Source: Geobacter sulfurreducens PCA (GTDB taxonomy: Bacteria; Desulfobacterota; Desulfuromonadia; Geobacterales; Geobacteraceae). From it: a stretch of 32,000 bases of DNA. Below the pieces are notes generated by a model. It had not been told where the DNA came from, searched no databases, and was given only the letters and a program-made list of their open reading frames with translations. Of this stretch, positions 24,356 through 32,000 are shown one piece after another. The translations under genes were made by a program, and so were the position numbers. Location: the NCBI RefSeq assembly GCF_000007985.2, contig NC_002939.5:900001-932000 (forward strand), written 5' to 3'. The stretch's first letter is position 1, and each line of letters begins with the position of its first letter.

Positions 24356-25768
24356 GTGTTTCACCTGATCCGCTGGCAGGATATCGCCGACATCATCATC
24401 ATGAGCTTCCTGGCCTACCGTCTCTACAGCTGGTTCAGGCACACCCGCGCCATGCAGGTCCTGATCGGGCTCGGGATTCTGGCCGGGGTCTACTTCGTCA
24501 CACGCAACCTGGGGCTGTTCATGACGAGCTGGATCCTCCAGGAGCTCGGCACAGTCCTCTTCGTCCTTATCATCGTCGTGTTTCAGGCGGAGATCCGCCA
24601 GGCCCTGTACCGCTTCAGCCTGTTGCGTACCTTCATCGGCCGGCAGGAGGGGGGCGGTGAGCTCGATCTGGCGGAATTGGGCCGCACCGTCTTCGGCTTG
24701 GCGCGGGAGAGGACCGGCGCTCTCATCGTTCTTCAGCGCCAGGAGGCCCTTGACGACTATCTCCTGCACGGGGTGAAGGTCGACGGACTCCCGAGCAGTC
24801 ACCTCTTGGGCAGTATCTTCCGGAACGGTACCCCCCTGCACGACGGCGCCGTGATCATCAAGGACGGCCGGGTGAGCCAGGCGTCGTGCCACTTGCCGCT
24901 CTCCATGAAGACGGAGCTCCCCCAGAACTTCGGGACCCGCCACCGGGCCGGCATCGGGCTCAGCGAACGGTCCGACGCCGTGGTCATCATCGTATCGGAA
25001 GAGCGAGGAGAGGTGGGCATGGCGCTTGCAGGAGAGTACCGGAAGATCGCCTCGCCGGAGGAGTTTGCCGAGGTGATTCAAGGGCTTCTCTACCCCCAAC
25101 GCCCGGAAAACGTTGCGTTTACTCTGCGCCAACGCCTCTTGCGCAACCTGGTGCCTAAAATTGTCACAACGCTTATTGTGATAGCAGGCTGGCTGGTGGT
25201 GACGACAAAAGAGGGCGGGATTTTTACAGTCACCGTGCCGATCAAGTTTCATAACCTGCCCCCCCGTTCGGTCCTCGTGAAGAGCGTTCCCGAGTCGGTG
25301 GAGGTCCAGCTCAAGGTTTTCACCAGTCTCATCCCGTCGCCTCGGCAGCTTGACCTGGTGGCCGACCTGAACCTGGCGGGCGTGCACGACGGGGTCAACA
25401 GCCTCGCGGTCAAGGACGACGACCTGAATCTTCCCCTGGGCGTGGTCGTCACCGGCATCAATCCGCCGATGGTGAAGGTGACCATCGCGGGCAAGGAGCG
25501 CAAGCAGCTCCGGGTGCGGCCGAAGCTGACAGGACAACTGCCGGGCAGGGCAAAGCTCAGAAGCGTGACCGCTGACCCCGATACGGTGGTTGTGGAGGGT
25601 CCCGGCCATCTCCTTGAAGGGCTCGAATCCCTGCCCACGGAAACCGTGGACCTTGCCGGTCTGCGCCGGGGCGGAGTCGTCGAGCGGCGGGTCGTGTCGC
25701 CGTCGCCCCAGATCAGGGTGTTGCGTGATGAGCCGGTGCGAGTGGTCGTGGTTACGTCTGTCAAGTAG
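24356..25768 (+). CDS. cdaA: Diadenylate cyclase CdaA fused to a CdaR/YbbR-type module (3 TM + DAC domain + TM + two YbbR-like repeats)
   Basis: 470-aa uninterrupted ORF with a GTG start. Residues 1 to about 245 have a CdaA-type N-terminus (IRWQDIADIIIMSFLAYRLY), three TM helices and the DAC motifs LHDGAVII and GTRHRAGIGLSE. A fourth TM (LVPKIVTTLIVIAGWLVV) follows, then beta-rich YbbR-like repeats (FTVTVPIKFHNLP...VEVQL...; VTADPDTVVVEGPGHLLEGLESLPTETVDLAGL). Confidence 0.8.
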   Translation: MFHLIRWQDIADIIIMSFLAYRLYSWFRHTRAMQVLIGLGILAGVYFVTRNLGLFMTSWILQELGTVLFVLIIVVFQAEIRQALYRFSLLRTFIGRQEGGGELDLAELGRTVFGLARERTGALIVLQRQEALDDYLLHGVKVDGLPSSHLLGSIFRNGTPLHDGAVIIKDGRVSQASCHLPLSMKTELPQNFGTRHRAGIGLSERSDAVVIIVSEERGEVGMALAGEYRKIASPEEFAEVIQGLLYPQRPENVAFTLRQRLLRNLVPKIVTTLIVIAGWLVVTTKEGGIFTVTVPIKFHNLPPRSVLVKSVPESVEVQLKVFTSLIPSPRQLDLVADLNLAGVHDGVNSLAVKDDDLNLPLGVVVTGINPPMVKVTIAGKERKQLRVRPKLTGQLPGRAKLRSVTADPDTVVVEGPGHLLEGLESLPTETVDLAGLRRGGVVERRVVSPSPQIRVLRDEPVRVVVVTSVK

Positions 25769-25808
25769 TTGATTTGCTGTATTTTTTAAGGAAAGAGTTT
25801 GACATTTG

Positions 25809-25837
25809 CGTGACAGTTTGTTATAAAAAGCAGGCTG
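25809..25837 (+). promoter_or_regulatory. Sigma70-type promoter (TTGACA-N17-TATAAA) in an AT-rich island upstream of the LysM/NlpC-P60 gene
   Basis: TTGACA lies at 25809-25814 and TATAAA at 25832-25837. The RBS GGAAGGAGGG lies just before ATG 25877. Confidence 0.45.
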
Positions 25838-25876
25838 CTTGCGTTATTTAATAAAACAATAGGGAAGGAGGGATAC

Positions 25877-26905
25877 ATGAGTATACGATTGCGACTTACC
25901 ATCTTCGTCCTCATCCTCTTAGCCTTACCCTCCTTGGCGCTTGCCGCCAAAAGCCATAAAGTCAAAAAGAACGAAACCCTTTCTTCCATTGCCCGCAAGT
26001 ACCACGTCCGCGTCGCCGATCTCAAAGCAGCCAACAACCTTGCCAATACTCGCGTAAAGCCCGGCACCATCCTGGTTGTCCCTCCTCGTTCCGAGGCTGC
26101 CGCAGCGGAGCCCGTGGCCGAGGTCGCTACCTACAAGGTGCGCAAGGGCGACACTCTGATCCGGATCGCCCGAAAGACCGGCGTGTCCGTGAATGATCTG
26201 CGACAGTTGAACAACCTCGGCAAGAAAAGGGTCAAGCCCGGCCAGGTACTGGCGCTTCGGGCCGTTGCCGACGAGGAGCAACCGGCCAGGAAGCTCGCTC
26301 TCAAGAAGCCCCTCAAGAGCCTCGACATCTATAACGAAAGCGAATACGAACGCAGCCTCGCGGAACTCGTGGGCGAGAGCGGCGAAGACACACAGGCCGA
26401 TTTCACCAAAGGGGTAACCCTTGGCGGCGATGGCGTAACCGAGCTGAAAAAGACAGCCTACAGTTTCATCGGCACCCGCTACCGCTTCGGCGGGACCACC
26501 CGCAAGGGGCTCGACTGCTCCAGCTTTGTCCAGCACGTCTTCCGCGAGCTGGACGTAACCCTGCCCCGCACCGCCCGCGAACAGTTCCACGTGGGCAACC
26601 CGGTCGCCACCGGAGACCTTCAGAAGGGCGATCTTCTCTTCTTTCATACCTATGCCCGCTTCCCTTCCCACGTGGGCATCTATCTCGGCAACAACAAGAT
26701 GATCCACGCCTCTTCACGGGACCGGCGAGTGGTCATCTCCTCAATCGATACCCCTTACTACCGTTCCCGCTTCATCGGCGCCAAGCGTATTTCGCAGATC
26801 AACCCCGACGTGCTTACGCTGGACGACCTGCTGACCGGCGTGGAAGAGGAGGGGATCGAAGACATCCTTGCCAACGATACCCTCGGCGTTGGCCTGTTGA
26901 AGTAG
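25877..26905 (+). CDS. Secreted peptidoglycan hydrolase: two LysM domains + NlpC/P60 (C40) peptidase
   Basis: 342 aa with a signal peptide, two LysM repeats (HKVKKNETLSSIARKY...; YKVRKGDTLIRIARKT...), the C40 catalytic Cys in GLDCSSFVQHVF and His in SHVGIYLGNNKMIHAS. Confidence 0.9.
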   Translation: MSIRLRLTIFVLILLALPSLALAAKSHKVKKNETLSSIARKYHVRVADLKAANNLANTRVKPGTILVVPPRSEAAAAEPVAEVATYKVRKGDTLIRIARKTGVSVNDLRQLNNLGKKRVKPGQVLALRAVADEEQPARKLALKKPLKSLDIYNESEYERSLAELVGESGEDTQADFTKGVTLGGDGVTELKKTAYSFIGTRYRFGGTTRKGLDCSSFVQHVFRELDVTLPRTAREQFHVGNPVATGDLQKGDLLFFHTYARFPSHVGIYLGNNKMIHASSRDRRVVISSIDTPYYRSRFIGAKRISQINPDVLTLDDLLTGVEEEGIEDILANDTLGVGLLK

Positions 26906-26928
26906 CACCTGTCGGTCAATCATTCCAA

Positions 26929-26957
26929 AATCCGGTCCGTGGACCGGATTTTTTTTT
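26929..26957 (+). terminator. Intrinsic terminator after the NlpC/P60 gene
   Basis: AAUCCGGUC-CGUG-GACCGGAUU (9-bp stem, 4-nt loop) runs into a U run of 9. It ends 9 nt before the mutT-like ATG. Confidence 0.65.
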
Positions 26958-26965
26958 GAGGCACC

Positions 26966-27379
26966 ATGTACCCGCTCCTCGTCACCGCCGCCATTATCGA
27001 GCACAACGGCCTGATTCTCCTGACCCGGCGGAAGCCCGATGCGCCCTATCCCTTGCTCTGGGAATTCCCGGGAGGGAAGGTGGAACCCGAAGAGCATCCC
27101 GAGGCGTGCATCGTCAGGGAGGTGCTGGAGGAGCTTGCCATGGAGGTGGCGGTTGAGGGGATCTACGACGTAATCTACTACCGTTATCCCGAACGGGCCG
27201 TGATAGTGCTGGCCTACCGCTGCACCTGGACCGGCGGCGAGCTGCAGGAACGCGACGTGGCCGGACACCGGTGGGTCGCCCCGGCGGAGGTGCCCGCCTT
27301 CGACCTTCTTCCCGCGGATATTCCGCTCGCGGCCAGGATAGCACGGGAATTCGGCAATGCAGGTTCTTCTCGCCTATAA
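26966..27379 (+). CDS. NUDIX hydrolase, MutT-like (8-oxo-dGTP diphosphatase type)
   Basis: 137 aa with the Nudix box GGKVEPEEHPEACIVREVLEELAM (Gx5Ex7REUxEExGU), preceded by LWEFPGG, which is typical of MutT. Confidence 0.85.
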   Translation: MYPLLVTAAIIEHNGLILLTRRKPDAPYPLLWEFPGGKVEPEEHPEACIVREVLEELAMEVAVEGIYDVIYYRYPERAVIVLAYRCTWTGGELQERDVAGHRWVAPAEVPAFDLLPADIPLAARIAREFGNAGSSRL

Positions 27380-29021
27380 ATCCCACCATGCTGGGGCGCG
27401 GGATCCCTTTGCGTCGCTGCTGCCCACGGGGCTCGGCTACCTGAATGGGCTCCTGCGGGCACAGGGCTTCGCTTCCCGCATCGCCAACCTGTCGACCATG
27501 GGATGGCGAGAGGTGGACGCCCTGCTCCGCCGGGAACGGCCGACCATCCTCGGCATCTCCCAGTACACCCACAACCGGTTCGAGTCACTCAGGCTCGTCT
27601 CCAGCGCCAAAACAGCCGACCCCACGTGCCTGACGGTGCTTGGCGGCCCTCATGCGACCCACTCCTTCGACATGATCCTTCAGCATCACCCCCAGGTGGA
27701 TGCCGTGGTCCTCGGCGAGGGGGAGGAAACCATGCTGGAGCTTGTCCGGACGGTGGCGGAAGGTAATCGGAGCCTCGCCGGCATCCCGGGCCTGGCGATT
27801 CGGGAGGGGAGCGGGATCAGCCATTCGTCCCGTGCACCGTTGCGGAATCTCGACGACCTGCCGGTGCCCGCGCGTTACTTCGATAACGCCCTGGGATGCG
27901 ACCTTCGGCGCCAGCTCGAGTTCGTCATTACCTCCCGCGGGTGTCCCGCCTCCTGCCGTTTCTGCTCGTCGCCGCGCTTCTGGGGTACGTCGCTGCGCCT
28001 CCGTTCGCCCCGGGCCATGGTCGACGAGATCCGCTATATCCGCGACCGGTTCGGCCTGCTCTCATTTTCGCTTCGCGACGATACGTTCACGGCCCGCGCC
28101 GACCGGGTCATCGAGTTCTGCCGCCTGCTGACGGCCGAAGGGCTCCATATCCTCTGGAGCTGCCAGTCACGGGTGAACTGCGTCGACGAGGAGATGCTCC
28201 TCTGGATGCGGCGTGCCGGTTGCGAGTATGTCCAGTACGGGGTAGAGTCCGGCTCCGAGCGGATTCTTGCCCGGCTCGGCAAGCGGATCACCCCGGACCA
28301 AGTGCAGCGCGCCGCCGCGGCTACCCGCCGTGCCGGCATGGATCTCTCCATCTACCTGATTGCCGGCGTGCCCGGCGAGGACGAGGAGGACCTGCGGGCT
28401 ACTCTGCGCCTCATCGAAGATATCCGCCCCCATGACGGCCACGTGGCCCCCCTGGCTTACTATCCCGGCACGGCGCTTTTTGCCGAGGCGGTGCGCGAGG
28501 GGCGGGTGCCGGCCGATCTCTTCGAGCGGGAAAAGGGCGAGGCCTGCTTCGTCAGGAAGGACGCGACGGTGCAGCGGTCCATTGACCGGCTGCTGACAAC
28601 CCTGGCGCGGGTTGGACGGAAGGCCCGCTTCGGACCCGCCGACTTTGCCCGTCAGGCGAAGCTCGTCGGCTGGTGCCATGCCGGTGCCCTGGCGGAGGGG
28701 GGCTGGTACGAGGAACGGGAGGAATGGCGGGAAGCCGAGGCCTGCTACCGGCAGATTACCCACCGACAGCCGGCCAATCCCTGGGGCTGGCTGGCTCTGG
28801 GCGGGCTCCACGGGAGCGTCGGCGACCTGGAGCAGTCCCGGCAGATGTTCACCAGGGTTCTTGAACTTGTGCCGGCGCACATCCCCGCCCATCTTGCCCT
28901 CGGCGATCTGTGCCTGCACGACGGTGACCGGCGGGGAGCCCGTCGCAACTACGAGGCGGCGCTCACGCTGAACCCCGGTGACGTCGAGGCCCGGGAGCGG
29001 CTGAAGGAGCTGAAAGAGTAA
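27357..29021 (+). CDS. B12-binding-domain radical SAM protein with C-terminal TPR repeats
   Basis: 554 aa with an N-terminal cobalamin-binding-like Rossmann part (ILGISQYTHN..., VVLGEGEETM), the radical SAM CxxxCxxC motif in TSRGCPASCRFCSS, and C-terminal TPR-like helices (EAEACYRQI..., WLALGGLHGSVGDLEQSRQMFTRVLELVP, ALGDLCLHDGDRRGARRNYEAALTLNPGD). It overlaps the NUDIX gene by 23 nt. Confidence 0.8.
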   Translation: MQVLLAYKSHHAGARDPFASLLPTGLGYLNGLLRAQGFASRIANLSTMGWREVDALLRRERPTILGISQYTHNRFESLRLVSSAKTADPTCLTVLGGPHATHSFDMILQHHPQVDAVVLGEGEETMLELVRTVAEGNRSLAGIPGLAIREGSGISHSSRAPLRNLDDLPVPARYFDNALGCDLRRQLEFVITSRGCPASCRFCSSPRFWGTSLRLRSPRAMVDEIRYIRDRFGLLSFSLRDDTFTARADRVIEFCRLLTAEGLHILWSCQSRVNCVDEEMLLWMRRAGCEYVQYGVESGSERILARLGKRITPDQVQRAAAATRRAGMDLSIYLIAGVPGEDEEDLRATLRLIEDIRPHDGHVAPLAYYPGTALFAEAVREGRVPADLFEREKGEACFVRKDATVQRSIDRLLTTLARVGRKARFGPADFARQAKLVGWCHAGALAEGGWYEEREEWREAEACYRQITHRQPANPWGWLALGGLHGSVGDLEQSRQMFTRVLELVPAHIPAHLALGDLCLHDGDRRGARRNYEAALTLNPGDVEARERLKELKE

Positions 29022-29047
29022 GAGAGATAAACGCGGGAAGAGGAAAC

Positions 29048-29082
29048 AAAAAAGGCGGCCACCGTGGGGTGTGCCGCCTTTT
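29048..29082. terminator. Bidirectional intrinsic terminator between convergent genes
   Basis: AAAAAAGGCGGC...GCCGCCUUUU has a GC core stem flanked by an A run (29048-53) and a U run (29079-82). It can therefore terminate both the radical-SAM transcript (+) and the lipoprotein transcript (-). Confidence 0.6.
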
Positions 29083-29099
29083 GCGTTGCTGTCTGCAGG

Positions 29100-29567
29100 T
29101 TACTTGCCGCCGATTCTGATGCCCGGAGCGAAAATGATCTTTTCGAAGGTCCGGTTGAGGGTCTTGCTGTGGAAGTTGAGCATGGGCGGTGAATCCGGAA
29201 ACTCAACCTGATCGCCGACCTTGACCTTGGTCTGCATGACGGCAACCCACAGCTTCTGTCCCTTCTCTTCCACCTCCAGGTAGGTGTAGCCGGCAGCGTC
29301 CATGGTGGAGAGGACCTTGCCCTTGTGGCCTACGCCGGCGGGGACTTCAACCGGCTTGAGACCGGCGTGGGGATCTCCTCCGCCGTGAACGGCGTCCTTG
29401 GGCATTTCGCCTTGGGGTGCGGGGGGCATACCTGCCGGCATGCCTGCGGGCATGCCGCTCTGCTCTTGCGGAGCAGGCGCAGCGGTCTCGGGGGCCTTGG
29501 GCTTATCCTTGCATCCGGCGGCGGCGAGCGAAACAACGGCGAGCGCTACCAATACTGATCTTTTCAC
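29100..29567 (-). CDS. Lipoprotein with Met/Pro/Gly-rich repeat linker; C-terminal domain of unknown function
   Basis: 155 aa with a GTG start, 6 nt after AGGAGG. The lipobox is LAAAGC. The linker is SGMPAGMPAGMPPAPQGEMP. The C-terminal beta-rich domain contains GYTYLEVEEKGQKLWVAV...FHSKTLNRTFEKIIFA. I cannot name the family. Confidence 0.6.
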   Translation of the reverse strand: MKRSVLVALAVVSLAAAGCKDKPKAPETAAPAPQEQSGMPAGMPAGMPPAPQGEMPKDAVHGGGDPHAGLKPVEVPAGVGHKGKVLSTMDAAGYTYLEVEEKGQKLWVAVMQTKVKVGDQVEFPDSPPMLNFHSKTLNRTFEKIIFAPGIRIGGK

Positions 29568-29679
29568 CTGTATCCTCCTGTGGTTAGTTTCTCACAAGGG
29601 CAAAAGCTACCATACAACCCGAATATTTTACAACAGCAAAAGTTGCGGATGAGTAACGGCGGATCGTTTACCGCGCCGG

Positions 29680-32000
29680 TCAGTTTCCGATGACGACTTC
29701 TCCCGTATCGGTAATCAGCTTCGCGGGGAGCTGGAATACCCTCTTGAAGATGTCGAACACCCCCCGCGACATGGATTTTACCGGGATCGCGGTGACGGTG
29801 GGGTTGGATATCTTCCCCTTGGCTTCAAAGTAGGTGGTGATGAAGTGCTTCTCCTTGCCGGTCAGGATCCAGCCGACAATGGGAATCCGGTTGACCACCT
29901 TGTCCACGGTCTGGAGGGGTTGGACCCCCACGGTGACGGCAAGCTCCTCCCGCACCAGATCGATCTTGCCCACGGTGGAAATGTTCATGGCATTGCTGTC
30001 GATGAAGAGGTCCTCCGTTGAGATCACGCCGTCGCTCATGGCGAAGGTGCCGGTGATCCTGTTGTAGGGCATGCCGTCCTTGACCATGTCGGGAAGCTGA
30101 AACTTGAGGAGTTGGGACACGTTCAGGATCGAGAATACCTTCGACAGTACGTTGAACTTGCGCATCTTGCCGTCGTCGAACCGGAGGGTGGCGTGGCCGA
30201 GCAGGCTCTTCCGCAGGTCGGCCATGGTCGCCCCCCTGGCGGTCACGTCGGCCTGAAGCGACAGGGTGCCGGTGACGATGGCGTCGCCGGGGATCAGGTC
30301 CACCGCGTTGATCAGCGGTTCGGCTGATACCTTGTCCGCCTTGAGCTTCACCTGGTAGCGGGACGGACCGTTCCCTCCCCCGTCGGCCCGGAGCGTGCCG
30401 GAGATTCGCCCACCGTAGGCGCTGAACTCGAAGGGTTGCAGGTAGAGGATGCCGTTCTCGTAGAGGGCTACCGTGTGGAGATGCCGGGCCGCCATCTTGC
30501 CGAATGAGGCCGAATCGGCGTCTATGGTGGCTTTTACTGTGACTGCGCCCCCCTCGTCCCCCTGCTTCCGTTCCCGTTCCAGGGCAGAAAGGGCCAGGAT
30601 GTCGTCCAGGTCGATAGTGGGAGAGGTGACGCTCACATCAATCTTGGGCTGCCGCATCTGGGTCACGGTCCCCTTGGCGGAGAGCTGGGACGAGCCGATT
30701 TTGCCCGCAAGCGAGCGGATTTTGAGGGCGTCGTCCTGGTAGGTGAGGGTGCCCTGGAAATTCTGGATCTTCACGGTGCCCTTAGGGTGCCTCAGGCCCA
30801 CGTCGTTCAGGTCGAGGGCCGGAGACGAGACATCCAGGGTGAAGGACGGATCGCTGAAGTTCGTCAGGGACCCCTTGCCCTGAAGCGGTGAATTGCCGAG
30901 CATCAGGGAGAGCCGGGGGCTTTCCAGAGAGTTGCCCTTGAACCGGAGCGTGCCGGTCACGTTGCTGAGAGGCTTCACCGACTCGGCCGGCTTGAATGAA
31001 GCCCCCGCCAGCGCCACCAGGCCGCTCCACTTCATGTCGGCCAGGCTTTCGGCCACCCCCTCCGCCCGGGCGGAAATCTGCATTTTCCCCTGGGGATGGT
31101 ACGGTTTCGCCTTGGGGATGTTGGCCGCGAGCGCCCCCATGGCAAACTGGTTCGAGGAGATGTCGAGTTGCGTGGGCAGGGACTTCCCGTCCTGGAACCG
31201 GGCCGCGATAGACAGGGCCAGGGGAGGGAGCGCGTACTGGCACGACAGGGACCGGTCGCCGTTGCGGAGCAGGTTCATTCGGAACGCCAGGCTGTTTACC
31301 TGGCCCGCCGGCTTGGCAAAGGACTTCCCGTAGGAGTAGTCAGCGGCGGTCAGGTTGCAGTCGCCGGTAAAGGTGTAGGATGCCGTCCCCCCTTCGCCGG
31401 ACAGGTTGAGGATCGAGTCGCCCGTGAACTGGAGCGATGCCGCCGCTTCCTTGCCGAAGAGCCAGTCCAGCTCCGCCTTGCGTGGCGTGAAAACGCCCTT
31501 GAAGGGGTAGCCCGACGGCGTGTCGAGGCAGTAGTCGCTGATCATGCCGTTGAGGGTGAAGGGAGATGTCCCGAACTTTCCCGACATGTTGCGCAGGGTG
31601 AAGTTCTTGCCGGCCAGCTCCAGGTCTCCCTTGATGCTGTTGAAGACCGGCCAGCCGTCTCCCATGTCGACCACGGCCCCTTCCAGGGCAGTGGCGCGCA
31701 CCCGGAGCACGTTGTAGTTCTCCCCTTTCTCCATGGTCAGGATCTGGCTCACGCGGCCGTCGAGCCGTCCTTCGTCCACCCGGAAGTATCCTGCCTTGAT
31801 GTGCTGCTCGATGAACTGGGACGCGTCGTCGGCGATGATGCCGAAGGGGATGTAGTAAAAGAACTTCTCCAGCCGGAAGGGGGCGATAGTGGTCCACGCG
31901 ACGATACGGGGATCAGAGGTGTGGATGTCCTTCACCGCGCACCCCCCCTTCACGGTGAGGCCGTCCATGCGGAAGTCGACGGAGGAGATGTTAACCTCTT
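29680..32000 (-). CDS. Large AsmA-like / YhdP-type (DUF3971-AsmA_2) envelope protein, C-terminal part; 5' end beyond the window
   Basis: The reading frame stays open from 31968 to the window edge (own translation ...EVNISSVDFRMDGLTVKGG...). It has long beta-rich repeats and the characteristic C-terminus VVNRIPIVGWILTGKEKHFITTYFEAKGKISNPTVTAIPVKSM, seen in YhdP/AsmA-family proteins. Confidence 0.7.
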   Translation of the reverse strand, partial: EVNISSVDFRMDGLTVKGGCAVKDIHTSDPRIVAWTTIAPFRLEKFFYYIPFGIIADDASQFIEQHIKAGYFRVDEGRLDGRVSQILTMEKGENYNVLRVRATALEGAVVDMGDGWPVFNSIKGDLELAGKNFTLRNMSGKFGTSPFTLNGMISDYCLDTPSGYPFKGVFTPRKAELDWLFGKEAAASLQFTGDSILNLSGEGGTASYTFTGDCNLTAADYSYGKSFAKPAGQVNSLAFRMNLLRNGDRSLSCQYALPPLALSIAARFQDGKSLPTQLDISSNQFAMGALAANIPKAKPYHPQGKMQISARAEGVAESLADMKWSGLVALAGASFKPAESVKPLSNVTGTLRFKGNSLESPRLSLMLGNSPLQGKGSLTNFSDPSFTLDVSSPALDLNDVGLRHPKGTVKIQNFQGTLTYQDDALKIRSLAGKIGSSQLSAKGTVTQMRQPKIDVSVTSPTIDLDDILALSALERERKQGDEGGAVTVKATIDADSASFGKMAARHLHTVALYENGILYLQPFEFSAYGGRISGTLRADGGGNGPSRYQVKLKADKVSAEPLINAVDLIPGDAIVTGTLSLQADVTARGATMADLRKSLLGHATLRFDDGKMRKFNVLSKVFSILNVSQLLKFQLPDMVKDGMPYNRITGTFAMSDGVISTEDLFIDSNAMNISTVGKIDLVREELAVTVGVQPLQTVDKVVNRIPIVGWILTGKEKHFITTYFEAKGKISNPTVTAIPVKSMSRGVFDIFKRVFQLPAKLITDTGEVVIGN

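Noticed and set aside
1-32000. Scan of the whole window for CRISPR repeats, IS/transposase or phage genes, toxin-antitoxin pairs, defence-system ATPases/nucleases, and GEMM-type or other riboswitches in the remaining intergenic gaps.
   Set aside because: No regularly spaced direct repeats, terminal inverted repeats or transposase/integrase-like ORFs were seen. All large ORFs are accounted for by housekeeping families, and the other gaps contain only promoter-like hexamers and simple hairpins.

Overview
GC-rich bacterial chromosomal segment with strong G/C bias at third codon positions. The gene content (tRNA-Sec, rubredoxin, RIC di-iron protein, MetV/MetF-type methylene-THF reductase, YggT-DivIVA block) suggests an anaerobic Geobacter-like deltaproteobacterium (Desulfuromonadota); this is inference only. 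I call 32 protein genes (two cut by the window edges, one of them absent from the ORF track, plus a 52-aa rubredoxin also absent from the track), one tRNA (selC), one riboswitch, and several terminators, hairpins and sigma70-like promoters. I saw no mobile elements, CRISPR arrays, or recognisable toxin or defence modules, so the window is mostly housekeeping. The observations most worth a second look are: (1) a complete yybP-ykoY (Mn2+) riboswitch unit (promoter, aptamer, terminator) on the minus strand at about 16550-16761. It points at htpX followed by a TerC-family gene, not at the divergent GDT1/UPF0016 gene, and it sits inside a cluster of divalent-cation membrane genes. (2) A co-directional array of ferredoxin, rubredoxin, aconitase, Rieske protein, DASS permease and a CoADR/Nox flavoprotein, divergent from a RIC (iron-centre repair) gene. 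A perfect 24-bp palindrome lies in the shared control region. (3) A single 470-aa ORF that fuses the diadenylate cyclase CdaA to a CdaR/YbbR-type regulator module. (4) A folD-metV-metF-galU string with a 4-nt ATGA overlap. All functional calls rest on motif recognition by eye; no database search or structure computation was run.
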